From Leptolyngbyaceae cyanobacterium clean351 (lineage in GTDB: Bacteria; Cyanobacteriota; Cyanobacteriia; DAIDHW01): a DNA stretch of 64,000 bases. The notes under the pieces were generated by a model. It made no database searches. It worked only from the letters and a program-made list of their open reading frames with translations, and was not told the origin of the DNA. The stretch's first letter is position 1, and every line of letters begins with the position of its first letter. The stretch is from positions 6,891-70,890 of the forward strand of contig DAIDHW010000003.1 in NCBI GenBank assembly GCA_027451865.1. Reading direction: 5' to 3'. Position numbers and translations under genes: made by a program. Below are positions 37,018-47,184 of the stretch, piece after piece.

Positions 37018-39060
37018 TTACCGGGTAGAAACGTGGTGGCGGGGAATTTCCGAGAGGAACCGAACGGCTATATCCTCGCTAAAATCCATGAAGTGTTGGG
37101 AGTGTTTAGCAGGGATAAGTTTGATCGCGCTTATTCTCTGTAGTCCAGAGGTGTCGCCGACAAAAAGCCTACCTAGGCTGATTGCTGATCCCAGGTAATA
37201 CCTAGTAAACAGGCCATCATTCCCAGTGGGATAAATGAATCTAAAAGGTCCCCTAACGGATCCATCAGCAAGCTTGAACAAGATATATACGTGGTCTGGT
37301 TTGTATAGGATATCCATAAGACCGCCCACCAATGTGGTTCGAATCCCTAGGTCCGTATAGGTGGCATTGCTTGGGACCTTTAACCACTGATGAAAACGGG
37401 TTTTTGTCCTGGCTGTGAGCACTAGTCCTGGTCTGGCGCAGGCAACGCGGCTAAGTACGGTGAGGGGTCCCTTGGCATACCTAGTTCTATAACAGTTTAG
37501 GATTGCCCTAAAGGTTGCGGGCTCATCAAATATCGGATATCTCCAATCAATAGTTTGAAACTTGTATATAATGTCATCGGCACTTGCCCCATCCCATATC
37601 TGCTCGGCATTTAAGTGATCCAGATAGGGTGTGTAGACAGAATAGGATTGTATAACCGGGCTAGCGAGCAATCTCAGATGGAATCCCTGGACTGCCATGA
37701 GGTCCCAAGGAATAATATTTACCGACTTGTGACCGACGGTGCCTTGTATACTGGCATAACTACTGATCTCTTGCCTGAGGGCATTCTGTTGTTTGTGGGC
37801 AAGGACAGACCTTTGTCTTTTTGATGTCAGTAGGGAAACAAAGTTCCTATAATTCATCACCTCATTTACTGAAGAACTCGATGGCCATCCAAGTAAATGA
37901 ATTGACGGCCATAAACTCTTGTGACTCACCACATAATTCGATGGCAGTGTCCCCAGCATGGGGAATATTAACGCCAGCAAATACATTGCCGAGAGGTTGA
38001 TAAGGGCGATTACATAGGATTTCCTGAGGAGTAGCGCTAGGATTACCACTGATATGAGGAGAGCGGTGCTAAAGAAGGTTAAGGCATGGCCACCAAAAAA
38101 TGCTAGATCGTGCCGTGTAAAGCCCTCCTTCCATGCCCAAAACATCATGACCGCTAGAACTATACTTTGCGCTAGTCGTGGCTTGTCTCCTTTTATCGCC
38201 ACTACGATGACAGTGGCGATAAAAAACAAGAGAATAGCCACTGCAACGATGGTTTGCGGAAGATACCCACTAAGGGACATGGCAGGTGTATAGCCGCGGG
38301 CAATTGCCCATGTTCCGCGTAAATACCCAGGTATATCTCCCATGGTCTGTCCCGCAGCAATCCATAGGCCGAGAAAGGCGATGACAAAAGACAGCAGCGG
38401 AATTAGGGATATCCTTCTCCATATCTTAGTGCCGATATACCACCATAGAAGTGGGTATAGGCAAACAACTGCAAGGGCGATCATCAAAGATGTGGACTTG
38501 ATGAGAGAGCCTAAAGCCAGGAGGAATCCAGAGAAAAATAAGGACAAAAAAACTGCCCCGCGCTCGGTAAGGGAGAGCACGAGCAGTAATAATCCCACAA
38601 AGGCCAATCGAGATGCCAGATCAAGCAGAGAGGCGCCTACTACCCACGCCATTATCGCGGGGATGACTATGTAACTAAACCCCCTGCTCGTCGGTAAAAG
38701 CCTAGGAAGTATGAGGAAAAAGGCTAAACCACAGGCTATCCAACTCACCAATTGAGCCAGGGCAGCCATACCCCATAGGAGGTGATCTGAGTAGAAATAC
38801 GGGTTTTCTAGAAAGCCTAGGGGACCATAGGTGAAGAGAATTGACTTTCCCCACTGTAAATGGTGCTCGAAGCCGTAGCCCAACATCCAAGCCCAGGAGG
38901 TATCTAAGATGTCATTAGTTGGAGCAAAAAAATCAACTAGCCGGGGCGTAGTCAATAGGAGTAACACGAACAGTAGGGAAAAAACCACAAGGTTAAATAG
39001 AATACCTGAAGGCTTTCTACTCCTAGGCTCGCGCTCTTGTAACTGAGGTTTTTCCGACAT
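37018..39060 (-). CDS. Large polytopic membrane protein (possible GT-C-type glycosyltransferase or surface-modification protein)
   Basis: About 11-13 TM helices; LDTSW...QWGKSILFTYGPLGFL and WKEGFTRHD; lower GC than flanks; start uncertain. Confidence 0.7.
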   Translation of the reverse strand: MSEKPQLQEREPRSRKPSGILFNLVVFSLLFVLLLLTTPRLVDFFAPTNDILDTSWAWMLGYGFEHHLQWGKSILFTYGPLGFLENPYFYSDHLLWGMAALAQLVSWIACGLAFFLILPRLLPTSRGFSYIVIPAIMAWVVGASLLDLASRLAFVGLLLLVLSLTERGAVFLSLFFSGFLLALGSLIKSTSLMIALAVVCLYPLLWWYIGTKIWRRISLIPLLSFVIAFLGLWIAAGQTMGDIPGYLRGTWAIARGYTPAMSLSGYLPQTIVAVAILLFFIATVIVVAIKGDKPRLAQSIVLAVMMFWAWKEGFTRHDLAFFGGHALTFFSTALLISVVILALLLRKSYVIALINLSAMYLLALIFPMLGTLPSNYVVSHKSLWPSIHLLGWPSSSSVNEVMNYRNFVSLLTSKRQRSVLAHKQQNALRQEISSYASIQGTVGHKSVNIIPWDLMAVQGFHLRLLASPVIQSYSVYTPYLDHLNAEQIWDGASADDIIYKFQTIDWRYPIFDEPATFRAILNCYRTRYAKGPLTVLSRVACARPGLVLTARTKTRFHQWLKVPSNATYTDLGIRTTLVGGLMDILYKPDHVYILFKLADGSVRGPFRFIYPTGNDGLFTRYYLGSAISLGRLFVGDTSGLQRISAIKLIPAKHSQHFMDFSEDIAVRFLSEIPRHHVSTR

Positions 39061-39180
39061 CTGGTGATCCGTTGACGGTGATGGGTGTTTCCCTGACCCT
39101 GAGGATAGCTGCGGTCGTGGGGGCCGCAAATGAGTATACACCAGAGCAGTTGACCTGGTTCCCCCCCGCTAAGTTCAAGC

Positions 39181-39221
39181 AAAGCCGTCCTCGAAGGATG
39201 GGGTTTCAACCCAATTTCTCG
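39181..39221 (-). mobile_element. Isolated IS200/IS605-like left-end remnant
   Basis: Minus strand TCAT|CGAGAAATTGGGTTGAAACCCCATCCTTCGAGGACGGCTTT, with plus-strand hairpin CCGTCCT-CGA-AGGATGG, resembles cyanobacterial IS605 left ends. Confidence 0.55.
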
Positions 39222-39226
39222 ATGAG

Positions 39227-39643
39227 CTACTGGTGGCTAGGGCTTGAGGGGGGTAGGGGGTTCTGGCTAGCTTGTCTGGCCCGCATTGCCGACTTTACCA
39301 GTTTTACTTGGTAGGGGTCAGCATCTTGGCGCCAGACGACTCGATGCCCTTGCAATTGGGCACAGTGGGCTCCTAGACACTTTTCCCAACCCCGGCGGTC
39401 ACTGATTCTACTTAGGTTATCTAACAGTCCCCAATTCTCTTCTTGGCGAGTCAGGTGGGTAAACCTTTCGTAGAGAGGATAGTCAGGCCTTACTAGCGAG
39501 TCCTTGCGGTGCAGCAGCGGGGGATTATCCTCACGGTCGTAGTCTTGGTAATGGACGTGGAGGTCCCGGAGATCAACCTGCATCCTGGTCTGGAGAGCCG
39601 GATGAGGGTCAGAATCAAATTCAGGGTAGAACATCCCGAACAT
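39227..39643 (-). pseudogene. C-terminal fragment of DNA phosphorothioation-associated putative methyltransferase
   Basis: FYPEFDSDPHPAL...DLRDLHV.Y.DY...NPPLLHRK...PDYPLYE.F..LT.QEE.WGLLD resembles the C-terminus of that family; the large N-terminal part is absent. Confidence 0.7.
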
Positions 39644-39762
39644 ACCAGTCCTGGGGGTTTGTGGCCTGGAGGATGACTGCCGTTATGTTGGATGAAACCA
39701 TAACAGATGTTATACTTGCCAGCAAAAAGCAACTACTATTTTTGATCAGCAACTTTACAACA

Positions 39763-41162
39763 ATGAGTAAGGCCAACGACGCGCTTAGACAAACTATTGA
39801 GAAACATAATATTAGCCAGAGCCAACTCGCAGAGATCATGGGGATAGAAGGCGCAATAGTTTCAAATTGGTATCACAGTCAGGTTGATCCGAGAGCTGAA
39901 ACCGTAGCAGAGATCGTCAGAGCACTCAAGAGGATAGGCACAAAAGTAGCTGAAGACTTTATCAGGTTCTACTTGGATCTTCCTACTCAGCCCGGGCAAG
40001 ATTATCTGGTTTGTATGGCTGGATCTGAACTACCAGCTTCAGAAGTAGTAGATGTATCCACACTATCCGGCCTGTTTACTCAAACCACCAATTCCTATAA
40101 GTATTTATTTTTCATTTCACTATTAGATATTTTGAAGAGACAGAAATTTAACGTGTTATCACCCATTGGCTTTGGGAAAATAGCCATTGAAATACTTGCT
40201 AATACTTGGTATCCAAGCACCTACTGTAAGCTATCCTTTGGAATTTCAGATAGGCTTCCTAAAATGCTTAGCTCTCTAAAGTTAGACATTGGTAAACCGA
40301 TTTTAAAGTTTACTGATACAGATAAGAATTTGCTACGTAAAACTATTGGAAGTCAGAATTTGAGTTCTATAGTCTTTGAACTACTCAGATATGTCCCTTT
40401 CCGGCTCATCATGCCATTTGTTGAAGCAGAGTTAGAAAATATTGAGCGGGGAATTAGGGGAAAAGGTATGAAAGCTGATTATACAGTCCCTAGAATCGCT
40501 ACAGAGTATTTTGATCTCCGCAGCCCCTATATAAATTTAACTCCTCAGTTTATCTAGAATGTAATGCAATCAGCGTTCATCCAGCCTGGGCCGACTACCT
40601 ACAAAGAAGCTACGGCATGATTCGTGGCTGGGCATCTTGGGAATGGCTTGAGTATATGCAGAAGTGTAACCCCAATACTCCAGCCATTATCAATAAGTTA
40701 TTCCCACCAAATCACCGAGATTCTCTAATAAAACAAACTGAATACTGGAAATATATACTACAACGTTCTGAGTTTTGCTGTATCTATACAAATGAACTGC
40801 TTAATTATGATCAAATTTCACTTGATCACTATTTGCCTTGGTCCCTTGTAGCTCATGACCAATTATGGAACCTTATTTCTACCTCTCCAAGAATTAATTC
40901 ATCGAAGTCAAATAAGCTTCCCCCAGATGGCTCATTTAATAAGTTCGTTGACTTTCAATACTCTGGCTTACAAGTTTCCTACCAGCACATGTCTAAACCA
41001 AAATAGGAAAATTATGTCGAGTCTTTTAAGCTAGATTTAGGCATAAGCAGTACGGTAGAGTTATTAAACCCAGACAGTCTCCGAGGCGCCTACCAGAGAG
41101 TTATCCCTCCCTTACGGTCTCTGGCAAGTGGTCAAGGGTTTCGAGTCTGGCAAAAAATCTAA
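39763..41162 (+). pseudogene. Disrupted XRE-HTH plus HNH endonuclease gene
   Basis: HTH (ISQSQLAE...VSNW), TTNSYKYLFF, then HNH (CIYT...SLDHYLPWS..AHDQLWNL.....INSSKSN); frameshift near 40522; in-frame TAG at 41004-41006, after which the frame continues to TAA 41162. Confidence 0.8.
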
Positions 41163-41284
41163 ATTTAGACGAAATCAAAGGGCGCTATCAGGTTTCTACA
41201 AGCACCCCAAACCATTCTCTGGCCACATGTAGATATGTATACAAGCCATTAAGCCTACAAGTTTTTATTACTACACGTAAGTAA

Positions 41285-42202
41285 TCATGTTGCCTCCCCC
41301 AACCACCGCCGCAGGAGGGGATTGACCAACTCCGGCGCCTCATCGTGGGGACAGTGGCCCACCCCCGCCAGAGCCACAAACTCCTTAACCGTGGGAACCT
41401 CAGCCAAAACCCGCCCCATCACCACCGGCTCCCAGGGGTCCTGCTCCCCCCAGATCATCCAGGCCGGACAGCGCAACTGGGGCAGCAACTGTTCCGCCAC
41501 CGGCCCCCCTGAGTAGCGCACAAAGGAGAGGAACACATCCACTGCCCCCGGGTCCCGGGCCGGTGCCAACAACAATTCCACTAACTCCTCAGTCACCGCC
41601 TCCGAACGACCGTAGCAGGTATTCAGGATCCGCCGCACCACCTGGGGGCGAGCCAGGCGAGCAAAAAATAATCCCCCCACCGGCCGGAAACCCAAGACCT
41701 GCTGAAATAGGGCTGTAGACCAACGCCGGTACCAGGGCAGACGGGCTCGCTTACTCTCGTGCAACTGGCGCAGGGAGGGATTTAGCAGCACTACTCCCCG
41801 GACCCAAGCCGAACCACTAACCGCCGCCTGCAGGGCCACAATCGCCCCAATCGAATTACCCACTAGGTAGGCCGGCTCACCGATTACCTCCTGACAAAAG
41901 GCAAGTACCTGCTCTCCCCAGGTGCCAAAGTCGTAGGAGACCCTCACCCCTGGCTCGCGGGGTCCGGGTTGGGGCTTAGCCGAACCCCCAAAGCCCAGCA
42001 GGTCCACCGCATAGACCCGGTAGTCCGCCGCCAGGACCGGCAAGTTCTTGCGCCAGTGACCCCGGGAAGCACCGAAACCGTGGATTAGCACCACCGGCAC
42101 TCCCTGGGTACCCCCCTGGTGATAACAAACCGGGAAACCTTGCCAATACCAATGCTGGTCTACAGGGGCAGTCAAGGGGAAATTCAAGGTTAGATACTCC
42201 AT
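41285..42202 (-). CDS. Alpha/beta fold hydrolase
   Basis: LIHGFGAS..HWRKN, DLLGFG, GNSIG, WGEQDPWEP and GHCPHDE. Confidence 0.92.
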   Translation of the reverse strand: MEYLTLNFPLTAPVDQHWYWQGFPVCYHQGGTQGVPVVLIHGFGASRGHWRKNLPVLAADYRVYAVDLLGFGGSAKPQPGPREPGVRVSYDFGTWGEQVLAFCQEVIGEPAYLVGNSIGAIVALQAAVSGSAWVRGVVLLNPSLRQLHESKRARLPWYRRWSTALFQQVLGFRPVGGLFFARLARPQVVRRILNTCYGRSEAVTEELVELLLAPARDPGAVDVFLSFVRYSGGPVAEQLLPQLRCPAWMIWGEQDPWEPVVMGRVLAEVPTVKEFVALAGVGHCPHDEAPELVNPLLRRWLGEAT

Positions 42203-42243
42203 CGCTAGAATTAATGCTTAAACCCTATTCTCCGTCATTGTCT

Positions 42244-43545
42244 ATGGAACCTGCCCTGACCGAATTTGGTAACCAGATGTCCCACTTGACCGGGGTGCGG
42301 GCGATCATGAAGGACATTGTCGAGACCCTCCAGGCCGCTCAGGGACAGGAATTCATCAACCTCAGTGCCGGCAATCCGGTAATCATCCCGGAAGTGGAAT
42401 CCCTGTGGCGGGAGTGTACCGCCGAACTTTTAGCCGGGCCTGAATACGGGGAGGTAGTGTGCCGCTACGGGTCAAGTCAAGGTTACCAACCCCTAATCGA
42501 GGCGGTGCAACAGGACTTCCAACGGCGCTACGGCCTCCAGCTCACCCCCCGCCACATCCTGATCACCCCCGGCAGCCAGGCCCTCTACTTCTTTGCCGCC
42601 AACGCCTTTGGAGGTTGTACCAGCAGCGGCGCCCGGCGCCGGATTGTCTTACCCTTAAGCCCCGACTACACCGGCTACGGAGGAGTCTGCCTAGTACCGG
42701 GGACCCTACTGGCCTACCAACCATTCCTCGACCTAGACGAAACCCGTCACCGCTTCAAGTACCGTCCCGACTTCAGCCAACTGCAGTTCGACGAGCACAC
42801 CGGCTGCGTGTTGTTTTCCCGGCCCTGTAATCCCACCGGCAACGTGCTGACGGATGAGGAAGTAACCAAGATTGCCGCCCTCGCCTCTCCCCTCCAGGTG
42901 CCAGTATTCATCGATTCTGCCTACGGCCCCCCCTTTCCAGCCCTCAACTTCACCCCCATGACACCCCAGTTTGGTGGCAACCTCATCCACTGCCTGAGTC
43001 TTTCAAAGGCGGGCCTGCCGGGGGAGCGTATCGGCATTGCCATCGGTGACCCCCAAATCATCCAGGTCCTAGAGTCCTTTCAAACTAACCTGTGTATCCA
43101 CTCCTCCCGCTACGGGCAGGCCATCGCCGCCCGGGCCATCACCTCCGGGGCCCTCGCGGACCTTTCAGTACAGGTAATTCGTCCCCACTACCAACGCAAG
43201 ATGGCTGTGGTGGAGGCCACTCTCGACCGCTGCATGCCCCAAGACCTGCCCTGGTTTCTCCACCGGGGCGAAGGAGCGATCTTCGCCTGGCTGTGGTTAC
43301 AAGACCTCCCCGGCGGGGACTGGAACCTGTATCAACACCTGAAACAGGTGGGGGTAATCGTGGTCCCGGGTCACTCCTTTTTCCCGGGGCTAGAACAGGA
43401 GTGGTCCCATACCCAAGAATGCATCCGCATCAGCCTCACCGCCACGGATGAGGAGTTAGAAACGGCCCTGACTCGCCTAGCCCAGGTAGTAGTCCAGGTC
43501 TACAAGCAGGGGGCAGCGGCTAATTCGGCGGGGCACGGAGGCTGA
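42244..43545 (+). CDS. avtA: Valine--pyruvate transaminase
   Basis: LTGVRAIMKDI, NLSAGNP, SRPCNPTGN, IDSAY and SLSKAGLPGERIG. Confidence 0.9.
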   Translation: MEPALTEFGNQMSHLTGVRAIMKDIVETLQAAQGQEFINLSAGNPVIIPEVESLWRECTAELLAGPEYGEVVCRYGSSQGYQPLIEAVQQDFQRRYGLQLTPRHILITPGSQALYFFAANAFGGCTSSGARRRIVLPLSPDYTGYGGVCLVPGTLLAYQPFLDLDETRHRFKYRPDFSQLQFDEHTGCVLFSRPCNPTGNVLTDEEVTKIAALASPLQVPVFIDSAYGPPFPALNFTPMTPQFGGNLIHCLSLSKAGLPGERIGIAIGDPQIIQVLESFQTNLCIHSSRYGQAIAARAITSGALADLSVQVIRPHYQRKMAVVEATLDRCMPQDLPWFLHRGEGAIFAWLWLQDLPGGDWNLYQHLKQVGVIVVPGHSFFPGLEQEWSHTQECIRISLTATDEELETALTRLAQVVVQVYKQGAAANSAGHGG

Positions 43546-43576
43546 GGCACGATCAACTTAACTAAAGATGTACTGA

Positions 43577-46036
43577 ATGATTGGCCAAATTGTGGGCGGG
43601 CGCTATCGGATCCTCTCCTCCCTAGGCGGGGGAAGCTTTGGGCAGACCTATCTCGCCGAGGATATCCATCGTCCGGAATTCCCCCAGTGTGTAGTCAAGC
43701 TCCTCAAGCCGGTAGTTACTAACCCCAGCTTTCTCCCCTTGGCGCGCAACCTATTTCACAAGGAAGCCCAGACCCTAGAGAGATTGGGAACCCACAGTCA
43801 GATCCCCCAGCTACTGGCCTACTTTGAGCAGGAGGAGAACTTCTACCTAGTCCAGGAGTTTGTTGCCGGCCACACCCTGCGCCACGAGCTCCCGCCCGGC
43901 CAGCCCTGGAGCGAAGCCCAAGTGGTCAAACTTCTCAGAGAAGTCCTCGGGGTCTTGGTATTCGTCCACGAGTGCCGTGTGATCCATCGAGACATTAAAC
44001 CTGATAACCTGATCCGTCGCCAAGCAGACCAACGCCTAGTCTTAATTGACTTTGGCGCGGTGAAGGTAATCCAAGGGGGCCCCGGGGCTAACCCCGGCAC
44101 CATTGCCATCGGTACCCCAGGGTACATGCCCCCGGAACAATCCCAAGGCCGCCCCCGCCCCAGCAGCGACCTATACGCCCTAGGGATGGTCGCCCTCCAG
44201 GCCCTCACCGGGGAGGGTCCTAGTCAGTTGCGCTTTGATGAGGCCGGGGAGGTCCTGTGGCCTCCTACCCCGGGGTTCAGTCCCGAGTTGGTGGCCCTGG
44301 TTAAACGGTTGGTGCGCTACCAGCCCCAGGACCGCTATCAAAGTGCCGCCGAGGCCCTAGGGGCTCTAGGGCACCTGAGGCGGCCTCAACTCCTGACCCG
44401 TCTGGGACGACTGCTCCAAACCCCGGTGGGGGAACTGCTCGGGGGACACCGGCCTACCCCTAGCTTCCCGGTTGCTCCCACGATGCCCCGCTCACCTAGG
44501 ACCCGGGTGTTTATCAGTCATCAGCCCCTCGAACTCGAAGTGGGAGTAGCTCAGGAGTTTTATCGGACCCTGGAGGCGGCGGGTTATCAACCCTTCATTA
44601 GTAGTATGTTTGCTACCCTGGCTAAGGACCAGTGGATCGCGGCCCTAGAGCAGTGCGACCACCTGATCCTCTTACTGTCGGCTCCCTCCGCCAATAGTGA
44701 GCTATTGCTCGAGGAGTTGCGCACGGTCCGAGGGGTGCAGGAGCGCCTGCAGCGCCCGCGGATCCTCCCTATCCGCCTGAATTTTCCCCCGGGCTTACCC
44801 CTCAACTACGAGATCCGCAGCTACCTGCAGGGAGTCCAGCAGCGGTTCTGGCGTCATTCAGAGGACACCAAGGGACTCCTAGAAGAAATCCTAGAGGTGT
44901 TAGCAAGTCCTCTTCTTGCTCCGGAGACCCCCACCACCGGTGGCACCCTCTCCACGGTGGTGCCCTGGGAAACTAAGGGGGCAGCCATCCCCCTGCCAGT
45001 GGCGGAACCGGAGATCCCCCAGGGCTACGTGAACTTGGCCTCGGCCTTCTACATCGAGCGCCCCCCCATCGAGAACCAGTGCTACGAGGCCATCCTGCAA
45101 CCCGGAGCCCTGATCCGGATCAAGGCCCCCCGCCAGATGGGCAAAACCTCCCTGATGGCTCGGATCCTCCACCAGGCTACCCAGGCCGGCTGTCGGAGTG
45201 TTTCCCTGAGCCTGCAGCTAGCGGACGGGAAGGTATTTACGGACTTAGATTGGTTTTTGCGCTGGTTGTGTGCCAGCCTGGGGCGGCGGCTGCAGCTAAC
45301 CAACCAGATTGACCAGTACTGGGATGGGGTGTTCGGTAGTAAGTACAATTGCACCGCCTACTTTGAGGAGTACATCCTGCCCCAGCTGCAGGTCCCCCTG
45401 GCCCTGGGGCTTGATGAGGTGGACCGAGTGTTTGCCTACCCAGAGATCGCTAGTGACTTTTTTGGTCTCCTGCGGGCCTGGCATGAGGAGGCCAAGAACC
45501 AGGAACTCTGGCAACGCCTGCGCCTAGTGGTGGTCCACGCCACGGAGGTATATATTCCCCTAGATACTAACCAGTCCCCCTTCAACGTCGGCTTACCCCT
45601 AGACCTACCCGAGTTTAACGCCGCCCAGGTCCAGGAGTTAGCCAAGCTCCACGGCCTAGTGTGGAGCTTGGACCAGGTGCAAGCCCTGATGGACCTGGTG
45701 GGGGGTCACCCTTACCTGGTCCGTCTAGCCCTGTACCACCTGGCCCAGCAGAATACCACCCTGCAGCGTCTGCTACAGGAGTCCCCCACAGAGGCCGGCA
45801 TGTACAGGGACCACCTGCACGGTCACCTCTGGAACCTCCAACAGCATCCCGAGCTCTTGCGGGCCTTTCAGCGGGTGGTCATGGACCCAGCACCGGTTAT
45901 CCTCGACGCCCTACCTCTATTCAAGCTACACAGCCTAGGACTAGTGCACTTACAGGGCAACCGGGTCAAACCCCGCTGCCATCTGTACCGTCAGTACTTT
46001 CAGCAGATTTTCAAGGCCACAGAGGCCGGGGAGTGA
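43577..46036 (+). CDS. Ser/Thr kinase - TIR-like - AAA_35 ATPase multidomain protein
   Basis: Kinase motifs GGGSFG, HRDIKPDN, DFG, PPE; TIR-like RVFISH...ILLLS..SANSE...EEL...ILPI; AAA_35 motifs FYIERPP, KAPRQMGKTS, LDEVD, SPFNVG. Confidence 0.88.
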   Translation: MIGQIVGGRYRILSSLGGGSFGQTYLAEDIHRPEFPQCVVKLLKPVVTNPSFLPLARNLFHKEAQTLERLGTHSQIPQLLAYFEQEENFYLVQEFVAGHTLRHELPPGQPWSEAQVVKLLREVLGVLVFVHECRVIHRDIKPDNLIRRQADQRLVLIDFGAVKVIQGGPGANPGTIAIGTPGYMPPEQSQGRPRPSSDLYALGMVALQALTGEGPSQLRFDEAGEVLWPPTPGFSPELVALVKRLVRYQPQDRYQSAAEALGALGHLRRPQLLTRLGRLLQTPVGELLGGHRPTPSFPVAPTMPRSPRTRVFISHQPLELEVGVAQEFYRTLEAAGYQPFISSMFATLAKDQWIAALEQCDHLILLLSAPSANSELLLEELRTVRGVQERLQRPRILPIRLNFPPGLPLNYEIRSYLQGVQQRFWRHSEDTKGLLEEILEVLASPLLAPETPTTGGTLSTVVPWETKGAAIPLPVAEPEIPQGYVNLASAFYIERPPIENQCYEAILQPGALIRIKAPRQMGKTSLMARILHQATQAGCRSVSLSLQLADGKVFTDLDWFLRWLCASLGRRLQLTNQIDQYWDGVFGSKYNCTAYFEEYILPQLQVPLALGLDEVDRVFAYPEIASDFFGLLRAWHEEAKNQELWQRLRLVVVHATEVYIPLDTNQSPFNVGLPLDLPEFNAAQVQELAKLHGLVWSLDQVQALMDLVGGHPYLVRLALYHLAQQNTTLQRLLQESPTEAGMYRDHLHGHLWNLQQHPELLRAFQRVVMDPAPVILDALPLFKLHSLGLVHLQGNRVKPRCHLYRQYFQQIFKATEAGE

Positions 46037-46075
46037 CCAAACCTGCTATGGTGGTTGGGCGTCTAGGTAAGCATT

Positions 46076-46894
46076 GTGATGGGTATTCCAGTAGTAGTCA
46101 ACGGAGCCACGGGCAAAATGGGTCGGGAAGTCCTGCGGGCTATCGCCAGCGCCCCAGACCTGACCTTGGTGGGGGCCCTCAGTCGTCGCCCGGACTACCT
46201 GGGTCGGGATGCGGGGGAGGTGGTGGGAATCGGCCCCTTAGAGGTACCCATCACCGATAACCTAGAGGCGGCACTCCTAATGGCTGCCCAGGAACGCGAG
46301 GTAGGGGTGATGGTAGATTTCACCCATCCCAGTGCCGTCTACAACAATGTCCGGGCTGCCATTGCCTACGGCCTCCGCCCCGTGGTAGGGACTACGGGAT
46401 TAGACCCAGGACAGCTGCAGGACCTAGCGGAATTTGCCGACAAGGCCAGCACCGGCTGCCTGGTGGTACCAAACTTTTCCATTGGCATAGTACTGCTGCA
46501 GCAGGCCGCCCAGCGGGCCGCCCAGTATTTCGACCACGTGGAAATCCTGGAGCTGCACCACAATCAAAAAGCTGACGCCCCCAGTGGCACGGCACTGCAA
46601 ACCGCCCAGCTCCTAGCGGGCCTAGGCAAAACCTACAACCCCCCCCAGGTAGAAGAAACCGAGACTCTCCCCGGGGCCCGGGGGGGCTTGGGGCCCGAAA
46701 ACATCCCCATCCACAGCCTGCGCCTGCCGGGCCTGATCGCCCACCAAGCGGTGATCTTTGGTGCCCCCGGCCAGGTGTATACCCTCCGACACGACACCAC
46801 CGACCGGGTCTGCTACATGCCGGGGGTGCTGCTAGCCATCCGCCGGGTCCGGGAGCTCAAAACCCTCATCTATGGTCTAGAGAAAATCCTCTAG
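46076..46894 (+). CDS. dapB: 4-hydroxy-tetrahydrodipicolinate reductase
   Basis: [19 protein letters not shown] and [15 protein letters not shown]. Confidence 0.96.
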   Translation: MMGIPVVVNGATGKMGREVLRAIASAPDLTLVGALSRRPDYLGRDAGEVVGIGPLEVPITDNLEAALLMAAQEREVGVMVDFTHPSAVYNNVRAAIAYGLRPVVGTTGLDPGQLQDLAEFADKASTGCLVVPNFSIGIVLLQQAAQRAAQYFDHVEILELHHNQKADAPSGTALQTAQLLAGLGKTYNPPQVEETETLPGARGGLGPENIPIHSLRLPGLIAHQAVIFGAPGQVYTLRHDTTDRVCYMPGVLLAIRRVRELKTLIYGLEKIL

Positions 46895-47075
46895 GTCTTG
46901 GGTCCATCCCCTAATTCAGTATTTCTATACTACTAAACTAACCCGTCCACCGCATCCTTGGGAATTTCGGAGCATCTGCGGGTCGGGCCCAGGAGACTGG
47001 GCAGCTAGCCCCCATGGCAACCACAAAATTAACCCTGGGACATCAGCAGAAATTATTAAGGCTATTGATTCCTAA

Positions 47076-47131
47076 TTATGAATTGTGGCCAGGGTGGGTA
47101 TTCTTATGAATTGTGGCCAGGGTGGGTATTC
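47076..47131 (+). repeat. Perfect 28-bp tandem duplication
   Basis: TTATGAATTGTGGCCAGGGTGGGTATTC at 47076-47103 and again at 47104-47131. Confidence 0.95.
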
Positions 47132-47184
47132 TAAGGTTATATCTGTGCTTAATTAGACTTAACTTTTCCTATGGGATCCCCCTT

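Noticed and set aside
41004-41006. TAG readthrough or recoding in the HNH gene
   Set aside because: The same gene also has a frameshift, TAG is a common true stop in this window and prfA is intact, so pseudogenisation is the simpler explanation.
47076-47131. Possible CRISPR array
   Set aside because: Only two directly adjacent 28-bp copies, with no spacer and no cas genes in the window.
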